Assembly (NCBI GenBank): GCA_039801225.1
Contig: JBDRUH010000006.1
Location: 1 to 51,126 of the forward strand
Direction: 5' to 3'
Length of the DNA stretch: 51,126 nt
DNA from: a candidate division WOR-3 bacterium
GTDB lineage: Bacteria; Hydrothermota; Tepidihabitantia; Tepidihabitantales; Tepidihabitantaceae
The notes under the pieces were generated by a model. It saw nothing but the letters and a program-made list of their open reading frames with translations, had not been told where the DNA came from and made no database searches. Numbering within the stretch: the first letter of the stretch is position 1; the number at the start of each line of letters is the position of its first letter. The position numbers and the translations under genes were made by a program. Below are positions 1-9,737 of this stretch, one piece after another.

Positions 1-30
1 TCGGAAACCAAAAATTCTAAGAGAAACTCT

Positions 31-153
31 AAATCCAAAACTCTAAGCCCTAAACAAATTCAAAATACTAATGTCCAAAGTTCAAAAAGTTTTGATAATT
101 GGTATTTTGGGATTGGAGTTTGTTTAGGATTTAGTATTTTGAGATTAGGATTT
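31..153. repeat. Imperfect long hairpin with roughly 7-bp periodicity
   Basis: Left-arm AAATCC, CTAAACAAATTC and CAAAATACTAAT are near reverse complements of right-arm GGATTT, GAGTTTGTTTAG and ATTGGTATTTTG. Confidence 0.7.
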
Positions 154-2991
154 ATTTTTTTAATGGTTTGTGCAGAGATTTCTTTAGGTCAGTTCTCCTA
201 TTTTGGCAAAAACAAGGTGCAGACCCGTGACTATCAATTCCAGTGTTTTGAGACCGAGCATTTCAAGGTTTTTTTCTACTCTGGTGGAGAAGGCATTGCA
301 GAGTTTGCGGCAAAGGCGGCTGAGGATTACTATTCTACACTCAAGAAGGACCTTAATATGGAACTTGAGGACAAGGTGCCGATTATTATTTACCTTTCAC
401 CCGGCCAATTCCGTGAGACCAATGTGATTACCGATTTAATTGAAGAGGGGGTTGGTGGATTTTCGGAACTCCTCAAAAATCGGATTGTCGTGCCGTTTAA
501 TGGCTCTTATAAGGATTTATATCAGGTAATTGGGCACGAACTGACCCACATATTTGAATTCAGGATGTTTTATCGTTCCCGTCTGGCGGTCCTTTTAGGT
601 GCGGTGGGAGAGTTTCAGGTGCCACTGTGGGTTCTGGAGGGGTTTAGTGAGTTTCAGAGTGGATGGGCTAATGTCAGTTCAGAGATTTTTATGCGCGACC
701 TGGTGATAAACAACCGGCTGGTTTCCCTTGTGGAGTTGAATGACAATTACGGCTATCTCGCTTATCGGGAGGGTGAATCCTTCTTCCGTTATGTGGCCGA
801 GGTTTATGGACGGGAAAAGGTTTACGAGTTTATGAACACTTTGAAAAGCCGGCGCAACCTTGAGGCGACATTTAGTGCCGTTTTCGGGATGTCGCAAAAG
901 AAAATCGGTGTTGAATGGGAAAACTGGTTAAAAATGCGCTACTGGCCTCAGATAAGAAAACTCAACAACTTTAAGGAAGTTGCCGAATGTCTTACCAACC
1001 ACAATGAAGATGGTTCGGTTTACAACACCGCCTCAGCCCTCTCTCCAAGTGGCACAAAGATTGCAATGGTCTCGGACCGAACCGAGTATGTTGATTGCTA
1101 TATCATCTCGGCAACCGACGGTCGGGTGTTAAAAAAGGTGGTGCGGGGAGAAAGGTCCGGTGGTTTTGAGGATATGCATTTAATCCGCCCCGGTCTTGCC
1201 TGGTCACCGGATGAGAGGCTGATAGCGATTGTTACTACCACCGCTAACCGGGATAACATTGCCCTAATTGATGTTCAGAGAGGTAAGGTGAAGCGCCGGA
1301 TTTTTGGCAACCTTGATGCGATTTACAGTCCAAAATTTTCGCCCGACGGCAAGAGGCTCATATTTATAGGCGTGAAAAATGGCTTTAGCGATATATATAC
1401 AGTTGCGGTTGAGGGTGGTGAACCGCGCCGTTTAACTTATGATATGTATGAGGAGCGCGACCCGGCATTTTCGCCCGGTGGTGATACGATAGTTTTTGTG
1501 TCTGACCGACCCGACCCAGGAGAGGAGTGGATGCCAGGGGATTATGCGGTCTGGCTCCTTTTGCCTACTGGTGAGAGCGAGCGGCTAACCGAGCGGAGAG
1601 GCTTCTTTGGCTATCCAGTTTGGGTTCATTCCGAAGAATTTCTTCTCTGGGTGGCTCAAGATTCCTTTTCTCATAATATTTTTCTCTATTCTCTTAAAGA
1701 TAGGCGGGTGGTGTCCCGAACCGATTTCTTAGGTGAGGTCTCCCATCTCAGTTTATCTCGGGATGACAAAAAACTTGCCTTCAGTTATTTTTCCAACACC
1801 GGGTGGGACATAGCGATTATGTATGAACCGTTGAAGAAGATTCCTCACGGGGACACGGCTGACGGCGGTCGGCTGACGGCTGACGGCGGTCGAAAGTTTA
1901 TTAAAAGTGGCCTGGATTTTGAAAAAGTGAGACCAGTTGGTTTCAGCCTCTCTTTAGACTATCTTGCCGGTGCCGCCTCCTACACTACTGGACCTGAAGG
2001 CTTTGCCGGCACATTACTCATCGGTTTTTCGGACATCTTAGGCAATCACCGATTTGAGCTCTATACCGACCTCTACGGCGACATCCTCAACTCCAACTTT
2101 CTCTTTCAGTACTGGCTTTTACCCTACCGGATTGATTACGGTTTTGCATTATTTCAGTTTTTTGATGTGCCATATTACGCTCCGGGGCTAATTTATGTGG
2201 AAAGGGTGACGCGCGGGGCACAGATGATAATGAGTTATCCCTTTGATAAGTTTATGAGGGTGGAGGCGGGGCTGTCTGGTATGGGAAGTGAAATTGGCGT
2301 ATGGGGATACGAAGAGTATTGGATGCTTGATACGCTCTTTTGGGAAAGGACATTTTTTGGTAGTGGCGCCTTTGTTTTTGACAACACCTTCTGGCCCGAC
2401 CCATTAGGACCGGTTCGGGGCACAAGACTGCGCTTTGAGACCGGCTCCTCATTTCTTTCCACCCGTCAGTGGAAGATGTTGTCCGGTGATTTGAGAAACT
2501 ATCAGCGTTTGGGCAGAAGGTTTGTTTTTGGTACCAGGCTGGTTAATTTAGCCCAATTAGGAGAAGTTGGTGGATATTATATTGGCGGTCCGATAGAGGT
2601 TGTCCGGCTTAACGAATCTTATGTGAGTGAGTATCTTGAGGTTCGCGGTTATCGGCTTGGTGAGTTCTATTATGACCGTGGTGTTAGTGCCGGGCTCTTC
2701 AACCTTGAATTGCGCTACCCATTTATTGACCGTTTAAAACTGGCTTTTCCTTTACCTTTAGACATCAGGAATATTCGGGGAGTTGCCTTCCTTGATGGCG
2801 CGGTGGTCTTTAGAGACAATATGCGTCTCTGGGATGGTCAGCGGTTACAGGATTTAAAACTTGGTGCGGGTTTCGGGGTAAGAATGCTCCTCCTTTCCTA
2901 TTTCTATCTCAAACTGGACTTTGCCAAACCGCTATCTGAGACTAAGGACAAATCCTTAAAAGTTATATTTGAACTTGGCTACGACTTCTGA
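139..2991 (+). CDS. BamA/TamA (Omp85)-family outer membrane protein with N-terminal peptidase MA-like domain and TolB/PD40 beta-propeller
   Basis: FGKNKVQ start, HELTH (HExxH) motif, WSPD/FSPDG/FSPGG PD40 repeats, VRGY motif, C-terminal ELGYDF. The frame is open back to base 1, so the true start may lie upstream of the window. Confidence 0.85.
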   Translation: MRLGFIFLMVCAEISLGQFSYFGKNKVQTRDYQFQCFETEHFKVFFYSGGEGIAEFAAKAAEDYYSTLKKDLNMELEDKVPIIIYLSPGQFRETNVITDLIEEGVGGFSELLKNRIVVPFNGSYKDLYQVIGHELTHIFEFRMFYRSRLAVLLGAVGEFQVPLWVLEGFSEFQSGWANVSSEIFMRDLVINNRLVSLVELNDNYGYLAYREGESFFRYVAEVYGREKVYEFMNTLKSRRNLEATFSAVFGMSQKKIGVEWENWLKMRYWPQIRKLNNFKEVAECLTNHNEDGSVYNTASALSPSGTKIAMVSDRTEYVDCYIISATDGRVLKKVVRGERSGGFEDMHLIRPGLAWSPDERLIAIVTTTANRDNIALIDVQRGKVKRRIFGNLDAIYSPKFSPDGKRLIFIGVKNGFSDIYTVAVEGGEPRRLTYDMYEERDPAFSPGGDTIVFVSDRPDPGEEWMPGDYAVWLLLPTGESERLTERRGFFGYPVWVHSEEFLLWVAQDSFSHNIFLYSLKDRRVVSRTDFLGEVSHLSLSRDDKKLAFSYFSNTGWDIAIMYEPLKKIPHGDTADGGRLTADGGRKFIKSGLDFEKVRPVGFSLSLDYLAGAASYTTGPEGFAGTLLIGFSDILGNHRFELYTDLYGDILNSNFLFQYWLLPYRIDYGFALFQFFDVPYYAPGLIYVERVTRGAQMIMSYPFDKFMRVEAGLSGMGSEIGVWGYEEYWMLDTLFWERTFFGSGAFVFDNTFWPDPLGPVRGTRLRFETGSSFLSTRQWKMLSGDLRNYQRLGRRFVFGTRLVNLAQLGEVGGYYIGGPIEVVRLNESYVSEYLEVRGYRLGEFYYDRGVSAGLFNLELRYPFIDRLKLAFPLPLDIRNIRGVAFLDGAVVFRDNMRLWDGQRLQDLKLGAGFGVRMLLLSYFYLKLDFAKPLSETKDKSLKVIFELGYDF
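1856..1892 (+). repeat. Heptamer tandem array inside CDS
   Basis: CGGCTGA CGGCGGT CGGCTGA CGGCTGA CGGCGGT CG, encoding TADGGRLTADGGR in the propeller-barrel linker. Confidence 0.8.
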
Positions 2992-4222
2992 GAAAGGGCG
3001 GAATGCGGAAGGTGGCAGGTTCCGAATTTTGCCTTCCGCCTTCCCCCTTCCACATTCCGCCTTCCGCATTTTCCTTACTCTTTTTTTAATATTTTCCATT
3101 TTACCTGCCGAAGGTAGCACCTGGGAAAAACTGGCTGATTTACGCTCCTTTTGTTTTACTCTTCAATACCACAGCGAGGCGCCGGTTGTTATTCGGGCGC
3201 AATTAAAAGGAAAGTGGCAGGCGCCAGATAAAGAGGAGTGGAACGGTTTCTTTGAACGAGACGGAAAAAAGGAAAAGATTCATCTATTTGCCTCGGATGT
3301 TAGAGAGTTTGAACTTACCCGTTCAGGCTGGCAGGTTAGACCGCGCGGGTTAGAGACCAGAATACTGGAGCAAATACAGCAGGTTTTTCTGGGAGAAACA
3401 TTGGAGTTTATCAGGGAAGAAAGAGGGAAATATTTATACCGGTTTAAGCCCAATCTGCCATTGATTGACCCGCAGGGAATAAAAGGGCTAAAAGGAATAG
3501 TAGAGGTTGACCGCCATTCTAAACTACCGGTGCGAATCTACTGTGCTGACGAGAACAAGAAAAGCGAATGGGAGTTGAGGCTCTTCCCGAATCGGGCAGG
3601 GTTGGTGAAAATTCCTTTTGTCCCGGTATTACAGGTGCTCCTTCTTTCTCCTGATTACCGATGGACCTGCGGTGAGCGGCGAAAGGCGGCTGGTATTATA
3701 AAACAAAGGCTAAAGGAGATGGGTGTTGACTTTCGCATGAAATGGGGTCGCACAGGAGTTGATTTGGCGATTGACCGCAGGATTACCCATCAGGGGCTAA
3801 AACTCTTATTCTCTTCGGGCAGAGTAGAAATATGGACAGGAAAGATAGTTAGCGATTCCGAAGACCCGAAACTAAAAACATTACCGGTTGGAGGCGATGA
3901 GGCAAAAAAGGTCTGCCTCGGTACACTTTTAGGAGATAATGGCTCCTTATATGCAGAAGCTGATTTGGACCTGCCAGCTGAACCAAGGCTCCGGGTTCGC
4001 TATAAAGAACATCCCGCCTGGCGCATTCCCGAATCCGATACAGGTGTGATTGTCCTAATAATTGACGGTGTTGCGATAGGCATTGGCAAACCGGGGACAG
4101 ATGACGGTTTTATATTTACCGACATTGGCAGCAAAGAAAATGTCTGGATTATCGCTGCCTTGACAAATCATCCACCACTAACACGGAAATTTGATGTAAC
4201 GATAAAAAAGACCGCTGAATAG
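2969..4222 (+). CDS. Hypothetical exported protein
   Basis: 417-aa ORF overlapping the upstream stop; hydrophobic segment IFLTLFLIFSILPA; no family recognised; start uncertain. Confidence 0.65.
   Translation: MNLATTSEKGRNAEGGRFRILPSAFPLPHSAFRIFLTLFLIFSILPAEGSTWEKLADLRSFCFTLQYHSEAPVVIRAQLKGKWQAPDKEEWNGFFERDGKKEKIHLFASDVREFELTRSGWQVRPRGLETRILEQIQQVFLGETLEFIREERGKYLYRFKPNLPLIDPQGIKGLKGIVEVDRHSKLPVRIYCADENKKSEWELRLFPNRAGLVKIPFVPVLQVLLLSPDYRWTCGERRKAAGIIKQRLKEMGVDFRMKWGRTGVDLAIDRRITHQGLKLLFSSGRVEIWTGKIVSDSEDPKLKTLPVGGDEAKKVCLGTLLGDNGSLYAEADLDLPAEPRLRVRYKEHPAWRIPESDTGVIVLIIDGVAIGIGKPGTDDGFIFTDIGSKENVWIIAALTNHPPLTRKFDVTIKKTAE
2997..3075. repeat. Heptamer hairpin inside the 5' end of a CDS
   Basis: GGCGGAA TGCGGAA GGTGGCA followed by TTTTGCC TTCCGCC TTCCCCC TTCCACA TTCCGCC TTCCGCA. 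Confidence 0.8.
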
Positions 4223-4252
4223 AAGGCAGGCAATTCCGCCTTCCGCGTTTTT

Positions 4253-4280
4253 TTGACTTATACCGTGCCCCACATATACT
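4253..4280 (+). promoter_or_regulatory. Sigma70-type promoter, near-leaderless
   Basis: TTGACT-N16-TATACT, ATG 8 nt downstream at 4289, no SD. Confidence 0.6.
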
Positions 4281-4288
4281 ATAACAAA

Positions 4289-7200
4289 ATGACACAAAAT
4301 TACCGGTTCAACCTCTCTCGGCTCACGGCTCTTGTTTTAATTTACTTTTTACTAATATTACCAACCGGGGTAGTTGAAGGTAGCGTTAAAATTATCCATT
4401 CCGACAACTTTGGGATAACGCTCCGCTATGAACCAGGGCGGTGCTCAGTAATAGAAAGAACGGATGGCAGGGTTCAATTCAACTTTGAGGATGCCGAGCC
4501 AATTGCCTGGTTTGACCAATACGACCTCCCGGGCAGGAAACTGCTGATTGGCATTCCGCAGACCGGCAATGTAAAGGTCAATTACAGAATGGACGAGGCT
4601 GGGGTCATTATTGGCAAAGAACCGGCGCTTGTGTCCGCGGTCAGCAATCAGCCCTCAGCCGTGAGCCGACCGCCAATCGCTCCGTGTCCTGTTGAGGTGG
4701 GTGAGACTCAAACACTCCGTTCAGTGCGGTTTGTCCCGCTCTCGCTCACACCGGTTCAGTATGAACCCGAGGCAGGAAGAATTCGCTACTTCAAGAGACT
4801 TGATGTGGAGCTCAAATTTGAAAAACCGGCAACGCCTGCCCCTTTTTCCGCTAAGCCTGACCCACTGGATGAACTCATCAAAAAGATGCTTTTAAACGGT
4901 GAAGAGGCGATAAATTGGAAGGTTGACCGCCGATCACTGAAGGAAAACGGCAACCCTTACGCCCGCTTTTCTAAATGGGTGAAAATTAAGGTTGATACAA
5001 CCGCCCTGTATCGCATAACTGGCGAAGAACTTGCCGCCATTGGTGTCTCCCTTTCCGAGATTGACCCGAAAACCTTGACCCTCTGGACATTGGGTGAACA
5101 TCAACCGCTCTATTACTATCCTGATTCGCTTACGCCGGTGGCGATGTTAGTTACTGGCGAGGGTGATGGCTCTTTTGACCCGCAGGATACCATTATCTTT
5201 TATGCTTTAGGACCGGACCACTGGGTTAACTCCTGCAGCGCCTATGTGAAAAATCTCTACACCCGGGAGAATGTTTACTGGCTCACCTGGGGTGGCGAAC
5301 CCGGGAAAAGGATTCAGGTAATTTCTCCTGTTGATACCGCTCAGGCGATAACTCTTTTGAGCGCAAAGGATGTCCTTCACCAAGAGGTTGATGCCGACTG
5401 TCCGGCAAGGGCGGGACTTCTTTGGATATGGCGGCAAATTGCCAAATCCGCTGGCGAGGAAAAGAGGTCTTTTTCCCTGGATCTTGCCTTAAAATACCCC
5501 GTACAGGTTTATCGGCTCTCCGGTCGCCTTTTTAAAACTGCGTCAGACACATTATCCGCCCAAATTCTTTTCAGATTTAACGGCAGGCAGATTGGTACTT
5601 ATCCTTTTGGGCAACGCACCGCTCCTGACTCCTTTGACTTTGAGATTGATACTCTTCTGCCGGTGAGTTTTGGTAAAAACAGATTGGAATTGGAGTTAAG
5701 AGGAAATGGTGAGAAAACGGTCTATCTTGATTATCTTGAAGTGGAATACCTGCGCCGCCTTTCCCTAACTACCGGGCAACTTCATTTTTTAATTGATACC
5801 TTGGGAAAGGTGCATTTTAATATTAAAGATGTTGCAACTGAGCCGATAGTTTTAGATGTTACTGAGCCATTAAACCCCAAGCGATTAATGCCGGTAGTGA
5901 ACTATAAGGAAAGCCTTGGTTTCTGTTCTATAGTAGAAAAAAAGAAAGAATTTATCATCGCCGACAGGACACAGTTATTGCCTCCAAACTCCTTAGAACT
6001 AAAAACTCCGGGTAAACTGTGGGATCCAGCGGTTTATGCCGACTACTGGATAATTACACCCAAGTCATTTTCTGTCCCGGTACAGGAGTTAGCCCGATTC
6101 CGAAACAACCGGATTATGGGCATCCCTGATGCCCGTGCCGCGGTAGTTACTTTAGAGGAACTGTATGACGACTTTTGCTTTGGTTTGGAAGAGCCCTGGG
6201 CGATTAAGAACTTTCTCAAAACAAAACTTCCTTCCTATGCTCTTTTAGTCGGCGACGCCACTTACGACTACAAAAACAACCTTCAAAGACCCAAGATGCC
6301 TGGTGTTCCGGCGTATGAGACGCCTAAGTTTGGTTTAGACCCGGGTGCCCATGACCGTCCATTGGCACTTGACATCTGGTATGCTGATATAGATGGTAGT
6401 GGTTCCGCCCCGGATTTAATTTTAGCCCGGCTACCGGTGCGGACAATTGAAGAGTTCAGCCAGTTTATCAACAAATTGAAATTGTATGAGACCGGGGAGG
6501 GGGCATACTGGCAGAGGCGCTATCTTTTACTTGCCGATGACGAATACGAGCGGTATCCAGACCGTCCTGACGAGTTGAAATTTGAACATATTAAGCAATG
6601 CGAACGGTCAGCAGTTCTCGCCGGCAATCGTCTTGACCCGGTAAAGGTTTACCTAACCGAATTCCCTCCTTTAGGTCCCAAAAGCAAACCTCAGGCAAAT
6701 CAGGAACTTCTCCGGCAGTTAAACCTTGGTGCGGTCCTCTGGGTCTTTTTCGGTCATGGTGCCGCTGATGCCCTCACCCATGAAAATGTTTTAACTGTTA
6801 CCCGGGTGCCGGAGATTAACAATGGAGAGCGGGTGCCATTCTGCTTTTTCGGCTCCTGTTCGGTAGGTAGATTTGACGACACCAGATGTGAATGCATTGC
6901 TGAAGAAATGGTGCGAATGAAAGGTGGTGCGATAGCCACAGTTGCCGCCTCTACCTCCACCCCTTCGGGAAATAACGAGGTTTTCGCCCGTAATATGCTG
7001 ATACCGCTTTTCTCTCCACCTGAGAGCACCAAAACCATTGGTTACTGCTTTTTTTTAGCCTGGCCCACTGACAAAAGTTATCACCTCTTTGGCGAGCCGG
7101 CAACAGTTTTACAGATGCCACCGGTTTCCACACAGGCAGTTTCAATAACACCGGATACCCTCCGTCCCGGATTATTATGGAGAGCCAATGGTTCTCTTGA

Positions 7201-8173
7201 AATGCAACAAGCAAAGGCGGATTGGCGACTTTTCGGTTCCAATCGCCTTCGCAGTTATGATTCACCTGCAGGCTATGGTACCACCTATCTCCTTCCTGGG
7301 GAGGAGGTGGCGCGTGGGCAATTTCGGGTGAAGGATGGCAGGTTCTATTGTGAGGGCTTTTTCCCATATGGGCTGGCATCAGATACGGTTTTTGTTGGTA
7401 ACGGCTATTATGCGCCGGTTTTAAACTCCTGCCGGCTGAGCAGCACAATTGCCCGGGAATCGGTTTCTCTCGCCCTGCTCCTTGATACGATTCCATTTGA
7501 CTCTCTTCCGATAGCCAGTGAAGATCACACCGGTCCTGGTGTCAATCTCTTCTTTGAGGGGCGCCGGCTTTATGACGGGGCGATTGTGCCGGCAAATTTT
7601 GAACTGGAAGGTGTTGTTTTTGACTCCTCCGGAATTCTAATCGCTCCGGTTGGTAATTGCCAGCCCTGCCTTTTTGTCAACCAGCGAATCCAGGAGATTT
7701 CCCTCACTGACTTATTGACATTTGAAGAAGGCTCTTATTCATCCGCCCGCTTCAAATTGCCATTGAACTTATCAGGACCGGTTGACTCGGTATTTGTTCT
7801 AGTTGCCGATAACTTTCTCAATCGCTCCGTCGTTAGAGTTAATCTCCGACCGATAACCTCCTCAGTTTTAAAGATTGACTCGGTGCTGGTATATCCCAAT
7901 CCGGTAAAAAGGGAGGCATACTTTACTTTTACCCTCACTCAACCGGCTGAGGTCAGGGTAAGGATTTACACAATTAGTGGAAGGTTGGTTCAGGAACTAA
8001 CTGACAATAACGGAAAAATTGGTTACAATCAGATTTACTGGAACGGCAAGGACCGGGATGGTTTTTCCCTGCCCAACGGTATTTATCTTTTCACCATCCT
8101 TGCCCGGGTGGATTCAAATTCAAAAGGTGCTCAGCGGGTAACCGTGCGTGATAAGTTTCTTGTTGTTCACTGA
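4289..8173 (+). CDS. porU: PorU-like C25 (gingipain) cysteine peptidase / T9SS sortase with C-terminal sorting/FlgD-Ig domain
   Basis: KIKVDTTALYRITG, NLYTRENVYWLTWG, LLVGDATYDYK, catalytic FFGHG and GSCSVG, C-terminal VYPNP...WNGKD...NGIYL. Start moved to ATG 4289 because the ORF-track TTG is the -35 box. Confidence 0.8.
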   Translation: MTQNYRFNLSRLTALVLIYFLLILPTGVVEGSVKIIHSDNFGITLRYEPGRCSVIERTDGRVQFNFEDAEPIAWFDQYDLPGRKLLIGIPQTGNVKVNYRMDEAGVIIGKEPALVSAVSNQPSAVSRPPIAPCPVEVGETQTLRSVRFVPLSLTPVQYEPEAGRIRYFKRLDVELKFEKPATPAPFSAKPDPLDELIKKMLLNGEEAINWKVDRRSLKENGNPYARFSKWVKIKVDTTALYRITGEELAAIGVSLSEIDPKTLTLWTLGEHQPLYYYPDSLTPVAMLVTGEGDGSFDPQDTIIFYALGPDHWVNSCSAYVKNLYTRENVYWLTWGGEPGKRIQVISPVDTAQAITLLSAKDVLHQEVDADCPARAGLLWIWRQIAKSAGEEKRSFSLDLALKYPVQVYRLSGRLFKTASDTLSAQILFRFNGRQIGTYPFGQRTAPDSFDFEIDTLLPVSFGKNRLELELRGNGEKTVYLDYLEVEYLRRLSLTTGQLHFLIDTLGKVHFNIKDVATEPIVLDVTEPLNPKRLMPVVNYKESLGFCSIVEKKKEFIIADRTQLLPPNSLELKTPGKLWDPAVYADYWIITPKSFSVPVQELARFRNNRIMGIPDARAAVVTLEELYDDFCFGLEEPWAIKNFLKTKLPSYALLVGDATYDYKNNLQRPKMPGVPAYETPKFGLDPGAHDRPLALDIWYADIDGSGSAPDLILARLPVRTIEEFSQFINKLKLYETGEGAYWQRRYLLLADDEYERYPDRPDELKFEHIKQCERSAVLAGNRLDPVKVYLTEFPPLGPKSKPQANQELLRQLNLGAVLWVFFGHGAADALTHENVLTVTRVPEINNGERVPFCFFGSCSVGRFDDTRCECIAEEMVRMKGGAIATVAASTSTPSGNNEVFARNMLIPLFSPPESTKTIGYCFFLAWPTDKSYHLFGEPATVLQMPPVSTQAVSITPDTLRPGLLWRANGSLEMQQAKADWRLFGSNRLRSYDSPAGYGTTYLLPGEEVARGQFRVKDGRFYCEGFFPYGLASDTVFVGNGYYAPVLNSCRLSSTIARESVSLALLLDTIPFDSLPIASEDHTGPGVNLFFEGRRLYDGAIVPANFELEGVVFDSSGILIAPVGNCQPCLFVNQRIQEISLTDLLTFEEGSYSSARFKLPLNLSGPVDSVFVLVADNFLNRSVVRVNLRPITSSVLKIDSVLVYPNPVKREAYFTFTLTQPAEVRVRIYTISGRLVQELTDNNGKIGYNQIYWNGKDRDGFSLPNGIYLFTILARVDSNSKGAQRVTVRDKFLVVH

Positions 8174-8186
8174 TTTTGTTTCTGTC

Positions 8187-8214
8187 TTGACCTTGCATAG
8201 GTTTCCTCTATAAT
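8187..8214 (+). promoter_or_regulatory. Sigma70-type promoter, near-leaderless
   Basis: TTGACC-N16-TATAAT, ATG 8 nt downstream at 8223. Confidence 0.7.
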
Positions 8215-8222
8215 CAAAACCG

Positions 8223-9695
8223 ATGAGAAAAATATTTCCGAAGTTTAGCCGCTCAATATTGGTATTTGGTGGTTTATCCATACTTTTTTCTTTTCCCGCT
8301 GAAGCCAGCCAGATGCCCGGGGCGGTGTTTCTGATGATTTGGCCCGGAGCCCGACCGACATCGCTCGCCGGTGCCTTTACGGCAATCAGCGGTAGACCTT
8401 ACCGTGCGATAAGAATGACTGTTGGTATAGATTCGATTTTTTTAGGGGCAAAAAGGGTGATAACAGGTACTACCATAACGCCAAAGGCGCGCTGGCGCAA
8501 CTATAGTAACTCCCACCCCCTTAACTTTCGTGCCTTTTGTTTTCTGATAAACCCGGCTGGAGACAGGGTATATGTCGAGTCCTTAGATGTTTCGGGTTTG
8601 GAACCAGGCAGGGACACCACTTTAACTTTTTTGAGTTTTGCTTTTAAAGAACCGGGCACTTGGACATTACGTTGTTCAACAAAAGCAGAAATGGTTTCAG
8701 AACAACCACAGATGGACAGAGGTGATGCAGCGGTTTTGTATTATAACCCTGGTAGCCTCTCATTCCTTAATGGAACCAATACAACTTTGATGCACTGTAA
8801 CTGGTTGCCTGGACTATGGCCTGGTATGTATTATGAATATCTGGGTTTTACACACAATTTGAAAAAAATGGGAACTGCGGGGTTTAATTTTATCTACCTT
8901 ACCACCGGTGAGACGGATGTTATTAACGAAGCGGGTGTGTTTTTAGGGAGATATACCACCTTTGATATTGCACCAACAATTGGGTACGGTTTTCCAGTGC
9001 TTGCTAACTTAGGTGTTGGTTTCTCAGCAAAGTTAATTTACTCATTTTTAGTTCCGGACTGGGTGTGGAAGGCAATGCCGGAGTTGGGGATTGAGTCGGG
9101 TGGGACAGGAATCACCTGGGCGTTTGATGGTGGTGTGCTATACAAGCCTTTTCCTTTTCTTAATGTTGGAATGGCGGTTGCCAATTTGGGTCCGAATATC
9201 GCCTACACCTCTTCGGGTGAGTCCGACCCATTGCCAAGGATGTTACGGGTCGGTCTGGCTTATTATCCGGTGCAGAAGGATATTTTCTCGTTGTGTGTAG
9301 CGCCAGAAATTAGTAAAATTTTGGTCGGCATTTTCTCCGACACAACCAAAAGTTTCAGTGAGAACCTTTCTTTAGAGTGGCGAGACGCCTGGAAAAGTCT
9401 CGGTGTTGAGGCGGGAGTAAACCTTGATGTGGTCGGGTTCTTTGCCCGGTTTGGGTATTTTGAGGACCTTACCGGTCAACGGGGTGGGATTGTATTGGAA
9501 AAGGAAGGTAACACTTACCACTACGGAATCTGGGATGTTTTAACCAGAAAAAACTTAGGAAGGTTTAAATCGCTCGGATTTACCCTCGGAGGTGGTATCA
9601 GATTCCACAAGTTCCAGTTTGATTTAGGCGTTGACCAGTTTATCTATGACTTTACCACCTCCAACTACAAGTTTTCCTTCTCCTATCAGTTCTAA
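8223..9695 (+). CDS. porV: PorV/PorQ-family beta-barrel with an internal ~110-aa Ig-like insertion
   Basis: FLMIWPGARPTSLAGAFTA...DAAVLYYNPGSL, NLGP, DPLPRMLRVG, C-terminal FSFSYQF; directly follows porU. Confidence 0.8.
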   Translation: MRKIFPKFSRSILVFGGLSILFSFPAEASQMPGAVFLMIWPGARPTSLAGAFTAISGRPYRAIRMTVGIDSIFLGAKRVITGTTITPKARWRNYSNSHPLNFRAFCFLINPAGDRVYVESLDVSGLEPGRDTTLTFLSFAFKEPGTWTLRCSTKAEMVSEQPQMDRGDAAVLYYNPGSLSFLNGTNTTLMHCNWLPGLWPGMYYEYLGFTHNLKKMGTAGFNFIYLTTGETDVINEAGVFLGRYTTFDIAPTIGYGFPVLANLGVGFSAKLIYSFLVPDWVWKAMPELGIESGGTGITWAFDGGVLYKPFPFLNVGMAVANLGPNIAYTSSGESDPLPRMLRVGLAYYPVQKDIFSLCVAPEISKILVGIFSDTTKSFSENLSLEWRDAWKSLGVEAGVNLDVVGFFARFGYFEDLTGQRGGIVLEKEGNTYHYGIWDVLTRKNLGRFKSLGFTLGGGIRFHKFQFDLGVDQFIYDFTTSNYKFSFSYQF

Positions 9696-9737
9696 GCTGC
9701 TAAGTGTATTTAATCAGCCGACAGCCGGATAAGGTAT

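Noticed and set aside
4253..4288. ORF-track extended starts (4253, 10949, 21606, 23820, 33902, 34891, 42263, 48270)
   Set aside because: They coincide with -35 boxes or run deep into neighbouring genes; downstream starts fit promoters, SDs or stop/start coupling better.
6951..7496. Longer antisense or alternate-frame ORFs (6951-7496, 20453-20884, 27075-27503, 28092-28664, 41719-42138, 43671-44156)
   Set aside because: Shadows of well-supported genes with no recognisable motifs.
8391..8720. Intein or intron as the explanation for the PorV insertion
   Set aside because: No C-terminal His-Asn plus Cys/Ser/Thr junction and no splicing motifs; the frame is continuous and looks like a beta-sandwich.
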